A stretch of 64,000 nt of DNA from contig JBGAGQ010000009.1 in NCBI GenBank assembly GCA_044226625.1, positions 44,589 through 108,588 of the forward strand, in the 5' to 3' direction. Within the stretch, counting starts at the first letter, position 1, and each line of letters opens with the position of its first letter. Made by a program: the position numbers and the translations under genes. Origin of the DNA: Thermoanaerobaculia bacterium (GTDB lineage Bacteria; Acidobacteriota; Thermoanaerobaculia; Multivoradales; UBA5704). Shown piece after piece: positions 37,494 to 47,330 of the stretch. Below the pieces are notes generated by a model. The model was given only the letters and a program-made list of their open reading frames with translations. It ran no database searches and was not told where the DNA came from.

Positions 37494-38024
37494 ATGACCG
37501 CAGAAAGCCCCGCCCTGCACGTCGCGCTCGTCCACCCGGAGATCCACTGGAACACCGGGGCGGTCGGCCGGACCTGCCTCGCGACCGGTGCGCGGCTGCA
37601 TCTGGTCCGGCCGCTCGGCTTCTCGCTCGACGCCGCCCAGGTGCGGCGGGCCGGCCTCGACTATTGGCCGCGCGTGAATCCGACAGTCTGGGAGAGCTGG
37701 CCCGATTTCGAAGCCGAGATGCCGACGCTCGGGGCGGTGTTCTTCTTTTCGGCCGAGGCCGAGAGGACGCTCTGGGAAATCGAGTTCCCCGACCGCACCG
37801 TGCTCGTCTTCGGCCGCGAGAGCGTCGGGCTGGCGCCCGAGATTCGCGCCCGCTACCGGGAGCGCCTGGTGAAGATCCCCATGGCCGATCCCCAGCTGCG
37901 CTCGCTCAACCTGTCGAACTCGGTCGCGATCTCATCGTACGAAGCGCTACGCCAGCGGGGGGTCAGGGCGCAGACGGACCGGAAGGACCCGTTCGATCCG
38001 GAGGGACATCCCGCTGCACCTTGA
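37494..38024 (+). CDS. trmL: tRNA (cytidine(34)-2'-O)-methyltransferase
   Basis: PEIHWNTG, RRAGLDYW, FGRESVGL, RSLNLSNS. Confidence 0.92.
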   Translation: MTAESPALHVALVHPEIHWNTGAVGRTCLATGARLHLVRPLGFSLDAAQVRRAGLDYWPRVNPTVWESWPDFEAEMPTLGAVFFFSAEAERTLWEIEFPDRTVLVFGRESVGLAPEIRARYRERLVKIPMADPQLRSLNLSNSVAISSYEALRQRGVRAQTDRKDPFDPEGHPAAP

Positions 38025-38802
38025 CCCGCGTGTAGGCCACCTGGAAGCCGGCGCGCTCGAAGTTGCGCTGTGAACCGCTTCCGGGAAGCGTCATCGCTGC
38101 CGCGAGGTCCGCTCCGCAATCCCGGGCGTATTCGAGGCCCTCGCGGATCAGCGCGGCCTGGATTCCTCGACCCCGAAACGCGGGGAGGGTGCTCTGGCCG
38201 GCGAACAGCGCCACCCCCTCCGACCTTTGCACCGTGCCGCCGCCGGCCGGGTTTCCGCCGCAACGGACGAGCCAGCAAGTCGTGAGTTCTGCGCTCGCCA
38301 CTCCCGCCATGATCCGAACCAGATCGGCCGGCGGTTCCTCACCCTCGAAGAACCCGCGCGCGACGATTTCAGACCAGAGCATCGCCTCGTCCGGGTGCAC
38401 GCGAAGGACTTCGAGCCCCGTCGATCCCGGCCCCGGCACGAAGTCGTTGAGGGGTCGGAAGAGCACCTGGGAAAGCTCCGTCATGCGATAGCCGTGATCG
38501 GCAAGCAATGGGAGCAGGGAGGGGTCGCAGTACGGACAGACCTCGTAAATCGCGGGCTGGCCGCGAGCGAAGAAGAAGTCTTCCAGGGCCGCGAAAGCAT
38601 CCGCCGCGACGGGGCCCTCGAGGCCGATTCCTAGCGCTTGATTGACCGGCGAGCCCGCCCCCGAATAGAGCGCCCACCCGCCGCAATGGGGCTCGGCCGT
38701 AGCACCGCCCTCCGGGTTCGCCCTTTGAGCCACCTCGGCGAACGCGCGCCCCGCAAGCGCCTCCGCCCTCTCGATTCGGTGCGCGAGCGCGTGATCGATC
38801 AA
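37963..38802 (-). CDS. GNAT N-acetyltransferase
   Basis: TLPAFRGRGIQAALI; SQRNFERAGF. Confidence 0.88.
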   Translation of the reverse strand: MIDHALAHRIERAEALAGRAFAEVAQRANPEGGATAEPHCGGWALYSGAGSPVNQALGIGLEGPVAADAFAALEDFFFARGQPAIYEVCPYCDPSLLPLLADHGYRMTELSQVLFRPLNDFVPGPGSTGLEVLRVHPDEAMLWSEIVARGFFEGEEPPADLVRIMAGVASAELTTCWLVRCGGNPAGGGTVQRSEGVALFAGQSTLPAFRGRGIQAALIREGLEYARDCGADLAAAMTLPGSGSQRNFERAGFQVAYTRVKVQRDVPPDRTGPSGPSAP

Positions 38803-40418
38803 TCCGAGATCTCCTCTGTTGCGTTCGTTTCCTCAGGCAACAAGGGGCCATAGCCACCGCCGCCCGGCGTTTCGAGCAGCAGGCGATCGCCCGGGGCGAC
38901 CTCGCGCGCGGCCGACGAAGGGAGGATCTCGCGCGAGCCGTCGGCGCGGATCAGCGTTTGCCGTCCCCGCTGTCCAGGCTCTCCCCCCGCGAGGCCGTAC
39001 GGCGCTTCGACGCGATGCTGGGTGAGGAGCGAGAGCGAAACAGGCGCCAGGAATTCGATCTCGCGCACCGCACCGTCGCCGCCTCGGCAACGGCCGGCGC
39101 CCCCCGACCCGCGGCGGATCGCGAAGCGATGCAGGCGCACGGGATATCGGTGCTCGAGGACCTCCGGATCGGTGATGCGCGTGTTGGTCATGTGGGTGTG
39201 GACGGCGCTCGCGCCGGGTCGGTCCGCCGTTGCGCCAGCACCGCCGCAGACCGTCTCGTAGTACCCGAAGCTCGGGTTGCCGAAAAGCGTATTGTTCATC
39301 GTCCCCTGCCCTCCCGCGACCCGGCCGAGGGCACGGAGCAGGGCGTCGACCAGGCGCTGGCTGGTCTCGACGTTGCCGCCGACGACCGCCGGGGCGTCTT
39401 CCTCCGCCGAGTCGCCCGAGGAAACGGCGAGAAACGGCGGATCGAGCAGGGAACCTTGCGGCACGCGGATCTCTACCGCGCGCAGGAGCCCTTCGTTCAA
39501 CGGCATCGACTCGGCCACCAGCAGGCGCAGCACGTAGAGAATCGCGCTTCGCACCACCGCTGGCGGAGCGTTGAGATTCCCCGGATGGGCGGCCGCCGTG
39601 CCGGTGAAGTCGATCGTCGCGCGCCCGCCTTCCACGTCGATCCGGACCGCGATCGGCGAGCCGTCGTCCAGACGCTCTACCGCCGTGTAGGTCCCCGCCG
39701 GTAGACGGGCGAGCGCCTCGCGCACGCGGGTCTCCGCGCGGTCGGCGAGCGCCGCCATGTAGCGATGAACCACGGCGCGACCATGGCGGGCGGCGAGCGC
39801 GCGGAGCGCCTTCTCGCCGAAGACGTTGGCCGCGAGCGCCGCTTCGAGATCGGCGAGGTTTTCGCACACCGAACGGCTGGGAAACCGGCCCGAGGTGAGC
39901 CGCCGCTCGATCTCACCCCAGCGCGGCACCCCTCGTTCGACCAGGAACGTCGGAGGGATCACGACGCCCTCCTCGACCAGCCGGGTCGCGTCCGGCGGCA
40001 TCGATCCCGGCCGGCTGCCGCCGATCTCGGCGTGGTGAGCCCGGTTGGCCACGTAACCCAGGATCTCGCCGTCGTCGTCGAACACCGCCGAGACCAGCGT
40101 CACGTCGGGAAGATGCGAGCCGCCGAAGGCGGGATGGTTAGTGACCACCGCATCTCCCGGCGAGAACTTGACCGCCTTCTGGAGCTCTCGGACGCAGAGC
40201 CCGAGCGCGCCCAGATGGACCGGGATGTGGGGCGCGTTGGCCACCAGGCTCCCGTCCGGATCGAGCAGCGCGCAGGAAAAATCCAGGCGCTCCTTGACGT
40301 TGGTCGAGACCGCCGTGCGCCGGAGTTGCTCGCCCATGTCGCGGGCGACCGCCGCGAACCGCTGGGTGAACAGCTCCAGCTCGACCGCCTCCGGACGGGA
40401 GGGAACCGCGCTCTCCAT
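38799..40418 (-). CDS. Hydantoinase B / 5-oxoprolinase beta part
   Basis: STNVKERLDFSCA, HIPVHLG, GGSHLPD, HTHMTNTRITDPE. Confidence 0.93.
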   Translation of the reverse strand: MESAVPSRPEAVELELFTQRFAAVARDMGEQLRRTAVSTNVKERLDFSCALLDPDGSLVANAPHIPVHLGALGLCVRELQKAVKFSPGDAVVTNHPAFGGSHLPDVTLVSAVFDDDGEILGYVANRAHHAEIGGSRPGSMPPDATRLVEEGVVIPPTFLVERGVPRWGEIERRLTSGRFPSRSVCENLADLEAALAANVFGEKALRALAARHGRAVVHRYMAALADRAETRVREALARLPAGTYTAVERLDDGSPIAVRIDVEGGRATIDFTGTAAAHPGNLNAPPAVVRSAILYVLRLLVAESMPLNEGLLRAVEIRVPQGSLLDPPFLAVSSGDSAEEDAPAVVGGNVETSQRLVDALLRALGRVAGGQGTMNNTLFGNPSFGYYETVCGGAGATADRPGASAVHTHMTNTRITDPEVLEHRYPVRLHRFAIRRGSGGAGRCRGGDGAVREIEFLAPVSLSLLTQHRVEAPYGLAGGEPGQRGRQTLIRADGSREILPSSAAREVAPGDRLLLETPGGGGYGPLLPEETNATEEISD

Positions 40419-40428
40419 ACCTCCCGGC

Positions 40429-42501
40429 CTACTTCGCCGTGAGCTCCGTCACCAGGCGATCGGCGCCGTAGACCGTGCGCAGCGCCTCGAGCATGCCACC
40501 CGAGTCGACCGCCACGGTCCGGTTCTTCGCCGGGTCGAACCAGAAGCTGCCGCCGATCGAGTGGATGTTGCCGTCGAAGCAGAGACCGACGAGGCGGCCG
40601 TCCCGGTCGACCACCGGGCTTCCCGAGTTGCCCCCGGTGATGTCGGTCGTCGCGACGAAGTTGAACGTCGTGCCGGGGTTGAGCTTCGGCTTCGCGGCGA
40701 GCCAGCTCGGCGGCAGGGCGAACGGATCCTTGCCCGTGACCCGCGGATAGAGCGCGCCGAACGTGGTGAACGGACCGACCTTCCGGCCCCCCTCGTCCCA
40801 TGCGGCGACGGCGCCATAGGTCATGCGCAGGGTAAACGTGGCATCCGGATAGACGCTCGAGCCTTCGAGCAGGAAGCGCGCGCGGGAAATCCGTTCGGTC
40901 GAGCTGGTCTCCACCGCCTCGACCTCGTTCTTGTAGCGCGACAGGACGGCACGCGCATCCGGCTCGACGAGTCGCGCAAGCCGGATCATCGGATCGTTCG
41001 ATGCCTCGATCGCCTTCTTGCCGCCGGCCCAGAGCGCTTTGCGGAACTCGGGATCGGCGAGCTTCGTTCCGGAAACGGCCTCATGCGCGAGGTCGTCGGG
41101 CGAGCGATCGCCGAGCAGCTTTTTGACCAGTGCGTCGTCCGGACCGAGCCACTCCCGCAGTTTTTCGAGCGCGAAACCGAGCTCCATCTCCTCGAGGTCG
41201 AGCGCGACCGGCGCGCGGGACGAGATCTCCAGCTCGAGCGAAGGCAGCTGGGCGTCGGTGTAATCGCGCAGCCGTTCGGTGTTCGGAAGCAACCGCTCGT
41301 CGCCCGCGCGCACCAGGGTCCGAGCGTAGTCGAACAGATCGCCCAGAAAGCCCTGGCGCCCCTCGACCAGGACGTAGCGCGGGTAGATCGTCCGATAGAC
41401 CTGATGGGCGCGGGCGATGTCGTCCCAGGCACCCGCCGCGGCCTTGACCTCCGGGTCGCTCGAGGCGGCCACGCGCGCGCGGAACGCCGCTTCCTGCTCG
41501 GCCTTCCTCCGGATGAAATCGGCGTCGTCGAGCGCGGCGAGCTGCCCGCGACCAACCTTCAGGCCGTTTTCGATCCGCAGGAGGTCGTCGAGCATCACCC
41601 GATAGGGCTCGGTCCCGAGCTTGCCGAACTGGATCAACCGTCCGCGGAGCTCGGACGCCATGTAGAGGCGCAAGGGTAGGATCGCCGTTCGCCGCGTCTG
41701 GAGCTGCTCGACCGTGAGAAGCCGGTTGGTCGAGCCCGGGTGGCCGGTGACGAAGACCGGCTCTCCCTCTTTCGCTCCCGCGGGATCCCAGGCGAGATGC
41801 TGCTCGGGGCGGAACGGCTTGCCCTGGTCGTAGACGCGCACGATCGCCATGTCGAGGTCGTAGCGCGGAAAGTTGAAGTTGTCGGGATCGCCGCCGAAAT
41901 TCGCGATCGCGATCTCGGGCGCGAACACCAGCCGGACGTCCTGATACCGGCGATAGGTGTAGAGCCAGTTCTGGCCGCCGTTGTAGAGGTCGACGATCTC
42001 GCAGCGGATGTCTTTGTTCCCCGAGGCCTTTTCGCACTCGGCTTCGAGCCGGGTCTTCTCCGCCTCGCGCACCGGGTAGGCCGCCGCACTGTCGAGCCCA
42101 CGGATCGCGGCGGCGATCTTCGCGCTCACGTTCTCGAGCTTGATCAGGCTCGACGCCTCGAAGGCCTCGCACCGCCGCTCCTCCGCCGCGGTCTTGGCGT
42201 AGAACCCGTCCGCGACGAGATCGTGCCCCGCCGTCGAGAGCTCCTGCAGACAGGAGTCGACGCAGTGATGGTTGGTGAGCACGAGGCCGTCGGCCGAAAC
42301 GAAGGAGCCGGAGCATCCCCCTTCGAGCCGCACCGAGGCGAGGCGCAGGTGATCGAGCCAAGCGTCGGTCACCTGGACGCCGTATTTCTCCTGGATCGCC
42401 GCGCGCGGCACGTTGTCGAAGGTCCACATCCCTTCGTCGGCATGAGCCGGCAGGTAAGCCAAAGCGAGGAGGATGAGCGGTAGAAGGTTTCGGCGGGGCA
42501 T
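40429..42501 (-). CDS. S46 family dipeptidyl peptidase
   Basis: ADEGMW, TNHHC, DITGGNSGSP. Confidence 0.95.
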   Translation of the reverse strand: MPRRNLLPLILLALAYLPAHADEGMWTFDNVPRAAIQEKYGVQVTDAWLDHLRLASVRLEGGCSGSFVSADGLVLTNHHCVDSCLQELSTAGHDLVADGFYAKTAAEERRCEAFEASSLIKLENVSAKIAAAIRGLDSAAAYPVREAEKTRLEAECEKASGNKDIRCEIVDLYNGGQNWLYTYRRYQDVRLVFAPEIAIANFGGDPDNFNFPRYDLDMAIVRVYDQGKPFRPEQHLAWDPAGAKEGEPVFVTGHPGSTNRLLTVEQLQTRRTAILPLRLYMASELRGRLIQFGKLGTEPYRVMLDDLLRIENGLKVGRGQLAALDDADFIRRKAEQEAAFRARVAASSDPEVKAAAGAWDDIARAHQVYRTIYPRYVLVEGRQGFLGDLFDYARTLVRAGDERLLPNTERLRDYTDAQLPSLELEISSRAPVALDLEEMELGFALEKLREWLGPDDALVKKLLGDRSPDDLAHEAVSGTKLADPEFRKALWAGGKKAIEASNDPMIRLARLVEPDARAVLSRYKNEVEAVETSSTERISRARFLLEGSSVYPDATFTLRMTYGAVAAWDEGGRKVGPFTTFGALYPRVTGKDPFALPPSWLAAKPKLNPGTTFNFVATTDITGGNSGSPVVDRDGRLVGLCFDGNIHSIGGSFWFDPAKNRTVAVDSGGMLEALRTVYGADRLVTELTAK

Positions 42502-42598
42502 GGTGTCCTCCGTGGGCGAAGGTTGGGCTGGGATTCTTCGACTGGGTCGGTTGAAATCGGTAGGGCTCGAATCCTACGGTCGGATCGTCGTACGCGGG

Positions 42599-43090
42599 TT
42601 AGCGTGCGAGCCGCTCCAGCTCCGCGCGTCGCGGCCAGCGCACGGCGATGCCGAGGACGCCCGCGACGATCATCACCAGGGCGTAGCGGACCGAGCCGGT
42701 CGTGGGTACCATCGCGACGCCCAACCAGGCGACCGATTCGAGCAGGAAGAGGTCGACCGCGACTGCGCGCAGATAGGCCGGGACGAGATCGGGAGGTGCG
42801 GGCCCGAGGCGCGCCTGGCGCTGCGCGGCGCGCAGCAACGTACCGCGAAGGCGCGACGCCGCGAGAATCAAGATCATGCCGAGAAACGGGATCGCCGTAC
42901 CCGCGGCGCGCAGCGCCTCCGGGCGTTTTGCATCCGCCGCGTCAGGGAAGGCGAACAGCGCCACGCCGGTCGCGACCGCGCACCCCACGAGCGCAGCGAG
43001 CGCCAAACGCTCGAGGCCGACGATCGCGCGCGCCGAGGGGTTCCCTAGCGTACCGGCGTCGCTGCCTCCGTCCTCCGGAATTTTCGCCAT
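42599..43090 (-). CDS. Hypothetical membrane protein (about 4 TMs)
   Basis: Four hydrophobic segments; co-oriented within the operon. Confidence 0.6.
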   Translation of the reverse strand: MAKIPEDGGSDAGTLGNPSARAIVGLERLALAALVGCAVATGVALFAFPDAADAKRPEALRAAGTAIPFLGMILILAASRLRGTLLRAAQRQARLGPAPPDLVPAYLRAVAVDLFLLESVAWLGVAMVPTTGSVRYALVMIVAGVLGIAVRWPRRAELERLAR

Positions 43091-43117
43091 GGCCGGGGGA
43101 TCATAGGGCAAACGAAG

Positions 43118-45412
43118 CTACCCTCGCTTCCCGGCTCGTTCGAGGACCAGCGCCGCCGCGCCGTCCTTCCACCCTTCCCAGCCGGGCTCGACGACGGTCG
43201 CGGACAGAGGCTCCAGGACCAGGCAAGGCCCGACAAAGCGGTCGCCGGGAACGAGCCCGCTCCGTTCGAACACGGAAACCTCCCTCCAGGCCCCGGCGAA
43301 GCGCGCGCGCCGGCGGCCCTCGGGGATCGCCGGGCCTCCGCCCACGATCGCCTCGGCCGGCGCTTCGTCCCCCCCTCCCCCCACCGCGACGACGACACGG
43401 AGCGCCACGACCTCGATCGTCCGGCCTTCGGGGACATAGCCGTAGAGCTCGCGATACGCGGCGAAAAACCGTTCCGAGAGCTCGGCGACCAGCGCCCCTC
43501 CTCGAGCCTTCGGCTCGACCGCAAGCGAGGTCTCCTGACCGGCGAAGCGGAGCTCGACGATGCGCCGGCTCACGCTGCACTCTTCGCCCTCCCCGTCTCC
43601 CTCCGCCTTCAGGGCCGCGGCCGTCTCCCGGGCGAGCTGTTCGAGGCGCGCCGGCAGCTCCCCCGCGACCTCGTCGAGAGCGGCGAGCCACTGCGCGACG
43701 CCGTGGCGTTCGACCGCCGCGCTTCCCAGGCCGCGCGCTGACAGGAGGCTCGCGTCCTCCGGCACCAGCACGGTCGAGATGCCGAGCAGCTCGGCCACGG
43801 CGCAAGCGTGCTGTGCTCCGGCGCCGCCGAAAGCGACCAGCGCGTACTCGGCGGGGTCGTACCCTCGACCGATCGAAATCCGCCGGATCGCGTCGGCCAT
43901 TCGCTCGTTGGCGATCTCCAGGAATCCTTCGAGCAGCGGCTCCGTCGCCGCGGCGCTTTCTTCCAATCGCGCGGCGATCTCACGAATTCGCCGCTCGGCG
44001 GCCGCCGGCTCGATCGGAATGCCGAATCTGTCGCCGTCGAGCCGGCCGAGCAGCAGGTTCACGTCGGTGATCGTGAGCGGACCGCCCGCGCCGTAGGCCG
44101 CCGGACCCGGCGAGGCTCCCGCGCTCTCCGGTCCGACCGTCAATTGACCGCGGCCACCGCCTTCGAGGCCGCAAATCGAACCGCCGCCCGCCGCCACGGT
44201 CTCGACCGCCAGCGCCGGGGCGACCAGATGGGCGTCTCCCACCCGATGCTCGAAACGAAGCTCGAATTCGCCGTCATAGCGGGCGACATCCGTCGACGTC
44301 CCCCCCATGTCGAACGTCAGGATGCGCGAGAAGCCCGACCTTCGGGCCGCCGCGGCGGCCCCCAGCACGCCGCCCGCCGGTCCCGACAGCAGGCCGTCCT
44401 TGGCTCGAAAGGTCGCGGCCCGGGCGAGGCCCGCGGCGCTCGACATCACCCGCAGCGAGCCGTCGGAAGGAAGAGCGCCACCCACCCGCTCGAGGTAGGC
44501 GCTGAAGATCGGCGCCAGATACGCCTCGACCACCGCGGTCGCCGCCCGGGCGACGAAGCCGATCTCGGGCGCGAGGTTCGAGGAGCATCCAACGCGCGCG
44601 AAGCCCTCCTCGAGGAGGATCTCGCAAAGCTCTCGCTCGTGCCGGGCGTCGCGATAGGCGTGAAGCAACGCGACCGCCGCCGAGGAGGCACCGGCCGCGA
44701 GTGCCGCCCGAGCTCCGCGGCGCGCGGCTTCGCGATCGAGCGGTTGGATCACCGAGCCGTCGGCCGCCAAACGCTCTTCCACCTCGACCACCGTGAGATA
44801 GAGAGGCGCGGGCTTTTCGATCGCGAGCGCGAACAGATCGGGGCGCTGCTGGGTGCCGATCGCGAGCAGGTCGGCGAAACCCTCGGTGACGAAGAAGGCG
44901 ACCGGAGCGCCTTTACGTTCGAGCAGCGCGTTCGTCCCGCGGGTTGTCGCGAGCCGCATCGCGAGCGGCGGGAGCGGCCGATCGGGGGGAGTCGCCGTGG
45001 CGATCCTCGCCGCGAGAATCGGCGCCTCCTCCGCGCAGGAGAGCTCGCAGGGCGCGCCGACGGCAAGCCCCGCCAGCGCTTCGATCTGAGATCGTTCGAC
45101 CGAGAGATCGAGCCGCCGCTCTTCGGGGTGCCAATCGGCCACCGCGAACCCGGGCGCGGCCGAGAGGTCTTCCGGCCGCCCGTCTCCGCCCAGGAGAGGC
45201 CGAAAGACGAAGCCGCGAAAGAAGCCGGCCGGCAGGTCCGGCAGCCCTTCGATCCGCAATCCGTTCCTTCCGGCCGGACCGGCATAACGGCCGCGGAGCG
45301 CGCTCGTCGACAGCACCTTCACCCGCCGGACCTCGCCCGACGGCGCGGTCGCGAGACAGTCGGTGAAGGTCCCGCCGGTGTCGACCCGCACCTGCCAAAG
45401 AGGCGAGGTCAT
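43118..45412 (-). CDS. Hydantoinase A / 5-oxoprolinase alpha (ATPase) part
   Basis: DTGGTFTD, TNALLERKG, SGPAGG, DMGGTSTD, AAGGGS, FGGAG. Confidence 0.93.
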   Translation of the reverse strand: MTSPLWQVRVDTGGTFTDCLATAPSGEVRRVKVLSTSALRGRYAGPAGRNGLRIEGLPDLPAGFFRGFVFRPLLGGDGRPEDLSAAPGFAVADWHPEERRLDLSVERSQIEALAGLAVGAPCELSCAEEAPILAARIATATPPDRPLPPLAMRLATTRGTNALLERKGAPVAFFVTEGFADLLAIGTQQRPDLFALAIEKPAPLYLTVVEVEERLAADGSVIQPLDREAARRGARAALAAGASSAAVALLHAYRDARHERELCEILLEEGFARVGCSSNLAPEIGFVARAATAVVEAYLAPIFSAYLERVGGALPSDGSLRVMSSAAGLARAATFRAKDGLLSGPAGGVLGAAAAARRSGFSRILTFDMGGTSTDVARYDGEFELRFEHRVGDAHLVAPALAVETVAAGGGSICGLEGGGRGQLTVGPESAGASPGPAAYGAGGPLTITDVNLLLGRLDGDRFGIPIEPAAAERRIREIAARLEESAAATEPLLEGFLEIANERMADAIRRISIGRGYDPAEYALVAFGGAGAQHACAVAELLGISTVLVPEDASLLSARGLGSAAVERHGVAQWLAALDEVAGELPARLEQLARETAAALKAEGDGEGEECSVSRRIVELRFAGQETSLAVEPKARGGALVAELSERFFAAYRELYGYVPEGRTIEVVALRVVVAVGGGGDEAPAEAIVGGGPAIPEGRRRARFAGAWREVSVFERSGLVPGDRFVGPCLVLEPLSATVVEPGWEGWKDGAAALVLERAGKRG

Positions 45413-45446
45413 GAGGCTCGCTCTGTCGCGCTAAGGCCCGGAAGCG

Positions 45447-46625
45447 TCATCGTGCGACGGGGGGCTCGAGCCGCGCGGAGAGCCGCTGGTCGAGGCGTCG
45501 AACACGGTCGTTCTCGGGGGCGATCGCGCGCGCCTTCTTGAGCCACTTCTTCGCTTCGGAGAGGTTCCCCTTGGCGATCGCCCACTGCCCCATCGCGGCG
45601 TACGGCTCGGCATCTTCGCGGTAGAGCCCGAGCGCCCGGCGGTAGAAGCGCCGCGCCTCCTCGAGCCGGCCGCGCGACAGGGCGAGATCGCCGAGCGAAA
45701 GGTAGCTGTAGGGATTCTTCGTCCCTTGGCGCTCGGCGATGCGCAGCAGCTCCTCCGCCTCGGCCGAATCGCCGCGCTGGCGCAACAGAGCCGCCAGGTT
45801 CTGGTACGCGGACGAGGCCTGCGGATCCACCTCGAGCGCCGACCGATATTGCGCCTCGGCGCCCGGGAGATCGCCGCGGCGGCGCAGGGCAACGCCCAGG
45901 TTGACCCGAGCGCCCGCGATGTCCGGAGAGAGCGTCACCGAGGTTTTCAGGAGATCGATCGCGCCTTCGACGTCCCCGGCGCGCAGCTTCTCCGCGCCGA
46001 GATTGGAGTAGTAGAGCCCCACCGCCGAGAGGTCGTCGAGCGCGCGAGCGTCGCGATAGCTCGCGACCGGCGCGACCGTGAAATCGAGCACCCGCGTCTG
46101 CGCCCCCGTGTCGAACGCCGCGGAGACGTGGTTTGAGATGACCACAAGGTCCCCATCGCGCGAGAAGCGCTCGATGTCGTCGATCGCCAGGTAATAGGTC
46201 GGGATGCCGACCGACCTCGCGAGGCCGACCAGCAGGCTGGTGAAACCGAGGCAGTTGGCTTGCCGCTCGGCGAACACCACCGGCGCCGTGGTCGTCCTCC
46301 CCGCGAGGTAATTCGGTTTCAGGTCGAGCAGCACCGCGTCGAACAGCTTGTCGAGTCGGACTTCGAGCGGCAGACCCTGGGGCGCGGCCTTCTGCGCCCA
46401 GACCTTCATCTCGGGCGTAACCTCGAACGGCACCACGACCCGAGACGGATCGAGGCCGCGATCGCGGATCTTCTTTTCGAGGTCGCCCCGGTCGAGCCCT
46501 CCCGAGGAGGCGCACCCGCCCCCCACGAAAAAGGCACCGAGGAGACCGGCCCAGGCGAGAACGGCGCGCAGGAGAAGCCCTCCCCCGCGCCCGGTCTCCG
46601 ACCGGCCGATCTCGAGGGGGGCCAT
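45447..46625 (-). CDS. Lipoprotein with transglutaminase-like domain and TPR repeats
   Basis: GGC lipobox-like; ANCLG / NHV / LDF (Cys-His-Asp); C-terminal TPRs. Confidence 0.75.
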   Translation of the reverse strand: MAPLEIGRSETGRGGGLLLRAVLAWAGLLGAFFVGGGCASSGGLDRGDLEKKIRDRGLDPSRVVVPFEVTPEMKVWAQKAAPQGLPLEVRLDKLFDAVLLDLKPNYLAGRTTTAPVVFAERQANCLGFTSLLVGLARSVGIPTYYLAIDDIERFSRDGDLVVISNHVSAAFDTGAQTRVLDFTVAPVASYRDARALDDLSAVGLYYSNLGAEKLRAGDVEGAIDLLKTSVTLSPDIAGARVNLGVALRRRGDLPGAEAQYRSALEVDPQASSAYQNLAALLRQRGDSAEAEELLRIAERQGTKNPYSYLSLGDLALSRGRLEEARRFYRRALGLYREDAEPYAAMGQWAIAKGNLSEAKKWLKKARAIAPENDRVRRLDQRLSARLEPPVAR

Positions 46626-46655
46626 CGCTTCGCCTCGTCGCCCGAGCTCTAAGGG

Positions 46656-47222
46656 TCAGGCCCGCGCGGGCGCGCGGCGGAACAGAAGGCGACGCGACAC
46701 GAAGATCAGGAGCGCCAGGATCGCGCCGACGGCGATCACCGGCAGGACGATCGCGACCACGGAGAGGAGGGCCGAGCCCCCCGCTTCCACCGTCGCCACC
46801 AGGGGATTGCCCAACCCTCCGGTGGTCACCGTCGAAACGCCCCGCACCGAAGCGGTCACCCCCTGGAAGATCGCGGCGGTTCCCCCGCCCGCGACGAAGG
46901 CGAGCGTCCAACGGAGGAACGGATCCATCCCTTGGTTGAGGGCGCCGGCCGTGAGGATCACTCCGGCGACCACCGCGGCGGGCGTGGCGATCGCGTCGAG
47001 CAGGTGGTCGACCCACGGAATGTAATACCCGGCGATCTCGAGCGTCGTCGCGACCGCAAAGGCGATCAAAGCCGGGGTCGAGCCGATCCAGTCGAGGCCC
47101 GACCAGATCTGCAGATGGCCGCTTCGTGCCGCCAGGCTCGCGACGAGCAGCGGGACGAAGACGCGAAACCCGCACGCGGCGGAGAGTCCGAGACCGACCA
47201 GGACGCTGAGCAAGGTTTCCAT
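46656..47222 (-). CDS. DUF4126 membrane protein
   Basis: GLSAACGFRVFVP; EIAGYYIPWVDHLLD; TTGGLGNP. Confidence 0.88.
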   Translation of the reverse strand: METLLSVLVGLGLSAACGFRVFVPLLVASLAARSGHLQIWSGLDWIGSTPALIAFAVATTLEIAGYYIPWVDHLLDAIATPAAVVAGVILTAGALNQGMDPFLRWTLAFVAGGGTAAIFQGVTASVRGVSTVTTGGLGNPLVATVEAGGSALLSVVAIVLPVIAVGAILALLIFVSRRLLFRRAPARA

Positions 47223-47330
47223 GGCGAGAGCTTACACCTCCTCGGAGCGACTCTACGACCCCAGGGCAGGACAAGTTTCCGCACCGCGGCAAAAACCGAC
47301 CGATCGCTCAGCAGTCCTCGCGGCTCGCGC

